Assembly (NCBI GenBank): GCA_963817525.1
Contig: CAWFOU010000007.1
Location: 192,001 to 256,000 of the forward strand
Direction: 5' to 3'
Length of the DNA: 64,000 nucleotides
Source of the DNA: an uncultured archaeon
GTDB taxonomy: Archaea > Thermoproteota > Nitrososphaeria > Nitrososphaerales > Gagatemarchaeaceae
The stretch's first letter is position 1. Every line of letters starts with the position of its first letter. Of the stretch, positions 56,655-64,000 are shown piece after piece. The translations under genes were made by a program, and so were the position numbers. Below the pieces are notes generated by a model. It was not told the DNA's origin. It saw only the letters and a list, made by a program, of their open reading frames with translations, and made no database searches.

Positions 56655-58086
56655 TCAGGCCTCGATGTAGATGACCTGCGAGCACACAAGCTGGGGGGTG
56701 ACCGCGCTCACGGTGAGCGCGATGGTGGTCGCGCCGGCCGTTCCGCTCGGACCGTCCACGGTCATCGTAGACGAGTACGACCCGTTGCCTGATGCGGGAG
56801 AGAAGGACACGTTGACCTCAGGGCCCGCGCCTTCGGAGTATGCCAGCGTGCTGTGGGAGGAGCCCACCACCTGGATGCCCGCCGAAGCACTCCCGCCGCC
56901 GGAAACGTCGAGAGAGCCCCCTGCGGTGGGAGTGCCCACTGTGACCTCCATGCCGAGCGCCCCGCTCTGGTCGACGGTCCCTACCTTTCCCGTGTAGAAC
57001 TCCGTGAACCAGGGATGGCCGGAAGCGTCGAGCCCGATGGTGAGGGCGCCGCTGATGTTCCCGAGGGAGGCGACCCTCGTGGGGATCTCGTACTCCACCA
57101 GGGTCCGGTTTGAGGGAGTGAACCTCGCTATCGCGTTGCCGTAGTGCTCGTTGAACCAGACGTTGCCGTGAGGGTCGACCGCCACGAAGTAGGGGAGCGT
57201 GGTCTGGATTCCGCTGGGGACGCTCGTGGAGATGATTTGGGTCGAGTTGGTCGCCGGGTCGAGCTCGGCGATGTCGCTCCCCCCGTGGAGGGTCACCCAG
57301 ACATCACCCTGGGAGTCGAGGGCGATCCCGGTTGGGGATGAGGCGCCGACCAGGGGATACTGGTGGAAGGTCCCGTTCGAGAGGGAGCCCACCTTGTCGG
57401 CGTAGACCTCGGTGAACCAGACCACGTCCCCGCTCCCGATCGCTATCCCGGCAGGGCCGGTGAGGGCAGTCCCCGGGGTGGCGGAGGACCCCGTGGGTAC
57501 CGTGTACTCCTGGATGACCCCGTGCGCGGTCACCTCGCCTATCCTCCCGCCGTCTATCTCGGTGAACCATACGTTCCCGCTCCCGTCTATTGCGACCTGG
57601 TAGGGGGAGCTCAGCGCGCTGGGCAGGGGGAACCTGCTGAAGGAGTCGGAGGTCGTGTTGAAGCTCCAGACGGAGTTCCCGAGCTGGTCGGTGAACCAGA
57701 CCAGGCCGTCGGCGTTGTCGACCGCTATGCCCCACGAGACCAGGGAGCCGTTCTGGTGAGGAATCCGGAAGACGTGGGTCTGGCCGCTCCCCGGGTCGAG
57801 CTCGCCTATCGCACAGTCGCCAGCCAGCGTGAACCAGATGTCCCCCTTGGAGTCCGAGGCTATCGCGTTGGGCTCCGAGTCAGTCGCTCCGACCGTGTAT
57901 TCGCTGATGTATCTGGAGACCGCCGGGGAACTCGTCGACGTGGAGACAATGGCGGCGAGCCCGGCCGGAGGAGCTTCCGGGATGACGGGTCACCGAGAGC
58001 GTGACGTAGGCTATCGAGGTGGATGCCAGGAGCACCACGAGGGCGAGCACGAGGATGGCCTGCCGCCTCCTCTGGGGACTGGACAT
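56655..58086 (-). CDS. Vgb (virginiamycin B lyase)-like beta-propeller, N-terminal anchor; apparent frameshift near 57988
   Basis: Repeated P.GIA.D..G.VWFTE blades from about 57950 to 56990; signal/TM segment in the adjacent frame 57880-58086. Confidence 0.82.
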
Positions 58087-58166
58087 TCGGGCTCATCTGC
58101 GCCCGAAGTGTATTATCGTTTGTCCCAAATCGCTCCCATATCGGGCGCGAGCGGCGGCGGAGGCCT

Positions 58167-58476
58167 CTACCTCCACGTGGTCGCGGTGATGCTGCCCAGG
58201 CCGACCGTCTCCATCGCGTTGACTGACCACCAGGTAGGGGGCTGCGGCCTCCACGAGAGGCTGCGCCGAGGAGACCAGGCCGTAGAGGTAGTACCAGAAG
58301 ACGATGATGACCACGTTCTGGAGGAGGAAGAAGACCGCGAAGACGACGAGGCTCGTCGTGAAGGTGGAGCGGAACTTCCTCCAGCTCTGGAGGTAGGCGT
58401 AGATGAGGAGCACCACGAATACCACGTTGGCGAGGGCGAAGACCGCCGCCACGTTCATCCAGAAGATGCTGAACAT
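58167..58476 (-). CDS. 3-TM membrane protein paired with the wHTH gene; GTCA duplication near 58222 shifts the last helix
   Basis: Hydrophobic helices, YLQSWRKFRSTFT; corrected end VNAMETVGLGSITATTWR-stop. Confidence 0.65.
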
Positions 58477-58504
58477 CTACTCAAAAGCCCCTGCCAAGTT
58501 ATTT

Positions 58505-58927
58505 CTACCTTTTCCCGAATCTAGCCCATATGTCGTCCACGAGGGCGATGTTCTTCTCCACGTAGGGGGCGAGGAAATACATCGCCCCGTAGGTCCCCGA
58601 TGGGGAGCTCGAGACGACGATGGAGTTCTCCCGGAGGATCTTGAGGTGGTGCTGGATGGTCTTGTAGTCCAGGCCGAGCTTCTCGCCGATCTTGTTCGGG
58701 TTTAGGGGCTCGTCGCGGAGGAGCCTCATGATCTGCATCCGGTTGAATCCCCCCTTCGTGCCGACGAGGAGATACATCAGGAGCCGCTTGAACGCGGGGT
58801 CGAAGGACTCGGCGTTGCCCTTGCCCGTCGGCGCTCCTCGGGGGGCTGGAGGCTCGGGAGGCGGGCGTGACGACCGGCTTAGGATCGCGAGGGGGCCTTG
58901 GAATAGCCCCATGAAAGATGGCTGCAA
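58505..58927 (-). CDS. ArsR-like winged-helix transcriptional regulator
   Basis: LLVGTKGGFNR.I..L...PLNPNKI..LGLDYKTIQHHLKIL, YGAMYF; true start probably downstream of the track start. Confidence 0.85.
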   Translation of the reverse strand: MQPSFMGLFQGPLAILSRSSRPPPEPPAPRGAPTGKGNAESFDPAFKRLLMYLLVGTKGGFNRMQIMRLLRDEPLNPNKIGEKLGLDYKTIQHHLKILRENSIVVSSSPSGTYGAMYFLAPYVEKNIALVDDIWARFGKR

Positions 58928-59008
58928 GTGAGCTGGGTGACGTAAGGCCCCGCTCCGTTAATAAATGCGCGTCGCTCCCGAAGAAAAACGGCGGGCGTCG
59001 AGGAGACC

Positions 59009-59455
59009 CTAGCCTCCCCCGGCCTCTCCGCCGAGCTCGTGCGGCCAGATATCCTCCATCTGCTTCTGGTTGTAGTACTTGTGCCCCTTGTGCGTCTCCA
59101 TCTCGTTCTCGAAGAAGTTGACCCTGCATGTCATGCAGTAGTAGTCGGTGGGCGGAGGCTCGAGCCTCTCCTCGAGGCTGTGTACCCGCGCGGCGAACGA
59201 GGATACCGGGAATATCTCGACGCTCCCTATCAGGTAGAGGGGCTCGAGGTAGTCGCGGAGCGCCTCGAAGCTGTCCGTCTGGAGGACAATGAATCGTGCG
59301 TGCTCTATCGGCGCGGTGTATAGCGCCACTATCTTGATCCCGAGCCTGCTGGCGACGTCCACCTGCAGGCTCCGGTAGTGCTTGTCCACGGCCTCCTTCC
59401 CCTCGTTCCCGGGGCACTTCTCGACGCTGTGCCTGTGGGATATCAGGAAGAGCAA
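59009..59455 (-). CDS. DUF3303/GYD-like ferredoxin-fold protein with C-terminal CxxC...HxxH Zn motif
   Basis: HRHSVEKCP, EH..FIVLQTDS, VEIFPV; YYCMTC...HKGH. Confidence 0.6.
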   Translation of the reverse strand: MLFLISHRHSVEKCPGNEGKEAVDKHYRSLQVDVASRLGIKIVALYTAPIEHARFIVLQTDSFEALRDYLEPLYLIGSVEIFPVSSFAARVHSLEERLEPPPTDYYCMTCRVNFFENEMETHKGHKYYNQKQMEDIWPHELGGEAGGG

Positions 59456-59793
59456 CGCCCGGTCGAGGCCCGGGCTTGAATTAATGCGTTTCTAGGTCAG
59501 CGTGACAAGGGCTTACCTGGGCTGGCGGACGAGACCGGCAGCAATGTGGGATAGCGTCGGACGAGCAGCTTGTCCGCGAGCTGCGCGTCCCCTACGCGAA
59601 AAGGCCGATACAGTCCACGAAGCTGGTGACCAAGTACTACTAGGGAGAGAGGGCCAAGCAGATACTCGATACGCCGAGCACCTGGCACCCCGAGCTAGGC
59701 CTTTGTATTGTTACCCTATATTCCCTATTGTGTCCAATAGATTATTTCGGGAAGTGCTATACTGCCGAGCCGCCCTAAGAGGGACGGCCGAAG

Positions 59794-59979
59794 ATGAGCG
59801 AGGCTGCGCACGCGCGAATCGAACACGAGTCCTCCTGCCAGTACTGCGGAGGGAAGCTGCACCTCGGGTACCACTTCACGTGCCACGTCTGCGGCGATTC
59901 CTACTGCTACATCCACATGGCGAAGCACGCGCGGGCTCACGCCCCGCGGCAAGTCTCCGAGCAGGTCTACGCCAGGTAG
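59794..59979 (+). CDS. small AN1-like zinc-finger protein
   Basis: CQYCG...FTCHVCGDSYCYIH...H. Confidence 0.7.
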   Translation: MSEAAHARIEHESSCQYCGGKLHLGYHFTCHVCGDSYCYIHMAKHARAHAPRQVSEQVYAR

Positions 59980-60021
59980 ACCTGGATAATCTGTCCTGAG
60001 AAATATCGAACCGGGCCGCGC

Positions 60022-61282
60022 CTAGGGCGAGGAGTTCAGGACGAGCGGGCCTTGGAGGCTCAACAGCGAGTCGATGCACGGGAAGCTGCCGCCTGCCCAG
60101 CCGTGGAGGAACGAGCCGCCGCTGATGCATATCCTCCCTCCGGAGTCCTCTATGTGGCCGAGCAGCCCACCCGCGTTGAGCTCTTGCGAGGTGTCCCCGC
60201 CGAGGAATATCAGTCCGTCTCCGCTGATGCGCTTGGTGAGCTCGAGGCCGTTCGAGAAGCCCTTCTCGTAGACGCCGAGCGGGCCCTGCGCGTATCCTCA
60301 ATGGCCTCTCCCCAAGGAGGCTAGCGTACCACTCGAGCGTCTCCGGACCGATGTCACGGATCTCCCCCTTGGTCTTCGGGAGGTCCTCCAGCTTGACGTT
60401 CTTCTTCTCTCCCTTTTCAGTGACCACCACGAAGTCGATCGGGTGCTTGACCCCCGCGTCGGTCTTCCCGGACTTGAGGATGGAGTCGAGCTTCTTCGCC
60501 TCGCCGAGCTCCTCCGCGCTGAACTTCTTCGCGAGGAACGCGTTGTTGGCCTCGCCGAGGTCGTAGCCCTTGGACTTGGCAATCAGCTGCCCGGGGAGCC
60601 CGCCGGTGAATATGTCGACCCCCGTCTTGGCTATCTTCATCAGGTCGTTGACCTTCTGGAGCTTGGCCCCGCCCATGACGAGGGCCTTTGGGTCCTTGCT
60701 CGCGATGACCTCTTGGAGGATCCTCAGCTCGTAGGAGGAGCGCAGCCCTATCCAGGTCGGCGCGATGTAGGGGAGGCACATCAGGGAAGAGTCCTCCCTG
60801 TGCCAGGTCGGGATGGAGTCGTTGATGCAGCTCTTTATCGCGCCCTTGAAGAACGGGACGTAGGTGTTGTGCTCGGCGTCCCACTTCTTCTCCTCCTCGA
60901 AGTACCTCATGTTGTCGAGGAGGATTATCTGCCTCCGCTTGAGGGCCTTGATCTTCTTCTTGGTCTCGGCGGTGAAGACCTTGTCGTGGGGGATGAACTC
61001 GACCGACATGTCCTCTGGGAGGAGCTTCTTCAGGGTCTCGCCGTGTGGCTCGAAGGAGGTGAAGTCGTCGCCACCCTTCCTTCCCTGGTGGGACATGACG
61101 ACGAGCCCGGCGTAATCGGAATACATCTCGAGGACGTGCCCGTAGACCCGCATCCTGAGCGCGTCCTCCTCGATGTGGCCGTGCGAAGCTGGGAGGTTGA
61201 TGTCCACGCGCACGAGCACGGGTGTCTTGAGCTGCCGCCCTAGGTTCACGAGCTTGTAGGGTTGAAGCTTACTCGAGTTCAC
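60022..61282 (-). CDS. pgk: phosphoglycerate kinase (divergent), apparent frameshift near 60282
   Basis: VRVDINLP, MSHQGR, LLDNMRY, HR..SS, GGAK, DIGPET; second frame GVYE, GGDT, SGGSFL. Confidence 0.85.
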
Positions 61283-61328
61283 ATACGAAGTTTCCTGCGG
61301 ACGATATTTATGAATTCCGGAGCTGTGG

Positions 61329-61814
61329 TCAGGCCCCATCCCCGGCGCGGGAACCCCTGTCGAACATCGTCTGGTTCGGGGCGGTGAAAACCTGCCTCGC
61401 CTCGATCCTCCCGACCAAGAAACCCAGAGCAAGGGTGGCGAGCGGTGGCCAGACCGCCCACAGGAGCGTCCCAGCGGCCTCCGGCAGTATGGTGTAGATG
61501 CTCGGTGGGAGAAGGAAGATGTAATTGCCGTACAGGAAGACGACGACCACTATGAATGCCATCCTGGCCAGGAACGTATTGATCACCTTGCTTTGGAACA
61601 GGTAGACGCAGATGGACTCAGGGGTGAGGAACACGGCAAGGACGAAGAGGACGGAAAGTACCTGGTCCCAAGGATAGACCTCGACCCGGGTGATCAGCCC
61701 CACCTGCGCAAACGCCACTGCGACGATGCCAGTGACGAACGGGAAGGCCAGGCCTACCCCGAAGAATATCTTCGCGAGCGACGTGCCCAGGCTTCTCGGC
61801 TGGTCCACCCCCAA
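61329..61814 (-). CDS. hypothetical 4-TM membrane protein
   Basis: Four hydrophobic helices. Confidence 0.6.
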   Translation of the reverse strand: MGVDQPRSLGTSLAKIFFGVGLAFPFVTGIVAVAFAQVGLITRVEVYPWDQVLSVLFVLAVFLTPESICVYLFQSKVINTFLARMAFIVVVVFLYGNYIFLLPPSIYTILPEAAGTLLWAVWPPLATLALGFLVGRIEARQVFTAPNQTMFDRGSRAGDGA

Positions 61815-61890
61815 AGTCAGGGGGCGACACCACGGGACAGCCGTTTAACCGTTCCCATCACCGTGGCCTCGTCGCTTGAGCTGGCAGCCA

Positions 61891-63420
61891 CTAAGTCTTG
61901 GGCTTGCCCGAGTCCTTCTCGGCGGAAGGAGCCATCATGGGCGTGGCCTCTACCACGGTGGGTGGAAGGTCGGTGTACTCCACCTCACCGTGGATGGCCG
62001 GGTCTCCCTTCTCCAGGATGTCCGGCGGGTATTGCAGGGGCACTACCATGCCGATCACCTTCAGGAGGACGAAGGTCACCACGAAGACGTAGACCAGCAC
62101 CCATGCAGCCCCGAAGGCCTGCAGCGCGAGCTGCATGGGGTTGCCGTAGGCCAAGCCCACTAGCGAGGGGTCGATGTACTTGGTGACCACCGGGTCGGCC
62201 AGGATGCCGGTCAGGAGGCCGCCAGTGATCCCCGCCACCCCGTGCGCCGGGAAGACGCCCATGGCGTCGTCTATCGTCTGTCCGCGTATCTTTAGCCTCG
62301 GAGACAGGTACATCAGCGACAGGTACGGAATAGTTCCTGCCGCGATTCCGATTATGAGCGCACCGTATCCGTCCACGTACCCGGCCGCCGGCGTAATTGC
62401 GACCAAGCCCGTGATGCAAGCCGTCGCAGCGCCAACGCTGGTTGGCTTGCCGAGGAACTTGTAATCCATGAGTATCCATGCGGCTACGCTCGAGGCCGCT
62501 GCGAGCTCGGTGTTGAGCACCGCGACTGCCGCATCGACTGTCGCGCCGTACGGGTCGCCTCCGTTGAACCCGTTCCAGCCGAGCCAGATTATGCCCGCGC
62601 CTATCATAACGTAACCGAGGCTGCTCGGACGGATGTTTCGATCTCTTACCAGTCTGGGGCCTACGGCTATGGCAGAGGCGAGCGCGGCAGTCCCGGCCGA
62701 AAGGTGGATGACGTAACCGCCCGAGAAGTCCACGATGCCCATCTGATTGAGCCAGCCACCCGCGAACAGCCAGTATGCGAGGGGGCTGTAGACCAGGAAA
62801 GACCAGAGCGGGACGAAAATCATCCAGGCTTTGAAGTTCATCCTCTCCATGACGGCGCCCACGAACAGGGCGGGGGTGATCGCAGCGAAGACGAACTGGA
62901 AGAAGATGATGGTGGAGGTGGGGACGTTGACGATCGCTTGCCCAGGACCTATGACCGCCTGTCCAGCCTGAAAAATCCCGTTCCAAGCAACTCCGGGGAT
63001 GCCGAAGATTGCGTACTTGCCAATCTGAAGAGAGATTCCGGTGCCGAACCCGAACTGGTAGCCAACCACCATGAACTCCACGAGGACGGCCGCGAAGGCG
63101 TAGAAGACCATCATCATTGTGTTGACCTGGAAGCGCTTCTTGGAGAGGCCTCCGTAGAAGATGACCAGTCCCGGAAGGCTCTGCAGGCCCACGAAGGTGG
63201 CCGCGGTGAGCATCCACGAGTTGCTGCCCGTGTCCAGCCAGGAGGGCACGGCAGCAGGCGGATAGGAGTTCAGGTTAGCGGGCGGTGTGTAAGTCGTGGA
63301 GGTGGTGTTTGCCACTTGGGCGAACGCCGGGTGGGCGCTTACCACGTACATCACGACCGCCAGTGCTATCGCGGCGATTGTGTATCTGCTCGCGAGGAAC
63401 CTCGTCAAACTAGTTGACAT
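61891..63420 (-). CDS. amtB: ammonium transporter (Amt family)
   Basis: [57 protein letters not shown]. Confidence 0.95.
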   Translation of the reverse strand: MSTSLTRFLASRYTIAAIALAVVMYVVSAHPAFAQVANTTSTTYTPPANLNSYPPAAVPSWLDTGSNSWMLTAATFVGLQSLPGLVIFYGGLSKKRFQVNTMMMVFYAFAAVLVEFMVVGYQFGFGTGISLQIGKYAIFGIPGVAWNGIFQAGQAVIGPGQAIVNVPTSTIIFFQFVFAAITPALFVGAVMERMNFKAWMIFVPLWSFLVYSPLAYWLFAGGWLNQMGIVDFSGGYVIHLSAGTAALASAIAVGPRLVRDRNIRPSSLGYVMIGAGIIWLGWNGFNGGDPYGATVDAAVAVLNTELAAASSVAAWILMDYKFLGKPTSVGAATACITGLVAITPAAGYVDGYGALIIGIAAGTIPYLSLMYLSPRLKIRGQTIDDAMGVFPAHGVAGITGGLLTGILADPVVTKYIDPSLVGLAYGNPMQLALQAFGAAWVLVYVFVVTFVLLKVIGMVVPLQYPPDILEKGDPAIHGEVEYTDLPPTVVEATPMMAPSAEKDSGKPKT

Positions 63421-63497
63421 GCTTTCAGCAGGAACTGGATTCGTTCACTTCGCCGGGGCTTACCTTTCAGATTATTTAAATTTATACCGCTTGACTG

Positions 63498-63543
63498 GCC
63501 ATATGATTAGCATGCCCACTGAAAATCAGCCATATGTTTAGCA
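63498..63543. promoter_or_regulatory. tandem 15-bp direct repeat upstream of amtB, candidate operator
   Basis: GCCATATGATTAGCA (63498-63512) and GCCATATGTTTAGCA (63529-63543), period 31 bp, just upstream of the minus-strand TATA-like tract at ~63472-63486. Confidence 0.5.
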
Positions 63544-63721
63544 CCAAACCCGACAATTTGCATGACGATGTTAAAATCACGCTCCGGGAGCGGGCGTTCT
63601 TCCTAGCGGACGCCCTGCGCTCCTCTGATAGGCCCGAGCCGCCGGCTCAGAATCGCGGTCAAGGATGGCCGAATGTAAAGACCCGAGCCGTATTTTTAAA
63701 CAACCGTTCGGAGATGGCGGC

Positions 63722-64000
63722 GTGGACGCCCGGGCCTTGAAGCGGGCAGGCACATGCATGTTCGTCGGGACGGGGCAGTTCGCCTTCTTCTTCGTCTTGG
63801 CCGAGATCTACTACCCGGGCTACGACGTCTCGACCAACTTCATCAGCGACCTAGGCGCGACGTGCAGAAGCGGGGTCTGCAAGTTCGTGCAGCCCTCCTC
63901 TGACATATTCAACGTCTCGATAGTGTTGCTTGGCGTGACCCTCCTCTTCGCGGCCTACTACCTTCTGAAGGGCTCGGGGTCGAGGGCCATCTCCCTCTTC
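63722..64000 (+). CDS. DUF998 family membrane protein, 3'-partial
   Basis: QF...AEIYYPGYDVSTNFISDLGA...QPSSDIFN. Confidence 0.8.
   Translation, partial: MDARALKRAGTCMFVGTGQFAFFFVLAEIYYPGYDVSTNFISDLGATCRSGVCKFVQPSSDIFNVSIVLLGVTLLFAAYYLLKGSGSRAISLF

Noticed and set aside
59497-59790. Possible ORF or ncRNA between the two zinc-finger genes
   Set aside because: Only short coding-like fragments in different frames, with no convincing start, motif or stable structure.
63421-63470. NrpR operator at the amtB promoter
   Set aside because: GGAA at ~63430 is not followed by TTCC at 6-bp spacing.

Overview
GC-rich archaeal chromosomal window. The gene set (archaeal CCA enzyme, TFB, Spt4, uS5, GPN GTPase, Trm11, RNase Z) and the TATA-type promoters with frequent TTG/GTG/CTG starts best fit a non-ammonia-oxidising Nitrososphaerota/TACK lineage; this taxonomy is an inference. 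Main blocks in order: (1) a propionyl-CoA cluster (methylmalonyl-CoA mutase, degenerate BirA-like protein, MeaB, PrpD, PrpC, PrpB) interrupted by a ~6.5 kb RHS/YD polymorphic-toxin locus; (2) dapAB; (3) an out-of-operon spt4-rps5 pair with altered Zn ligands; (4) a tRNA-maturation cluster ending in tRNA-Pro(GGG); (5) accessory redox, hydrolase and transporter genes, including an MFS-USP fusion and an alternative TFB; (6) sedolisin plus a PLD-family protein; (7) a Rieske/cytochrome b module; (8) a CC1-like chromatin microprotein below the ORF-track size cut-off; (9) pgk and amt. The best candidate for an undescribed system is the RHS locus. It has a toxin gene, a candidate immunity gene and two orphan cassettes that share near-identical DNA anchors with two different parts of the main gene, and it ends at an HTH-NUMOD3 unit flanked by direct repeats. 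About eleven small frameshifts, mostly in short homopolymers and some in housekeeping genes, point to sequencing indel errors. All assignments are motif recognition by eye; no searches were run.
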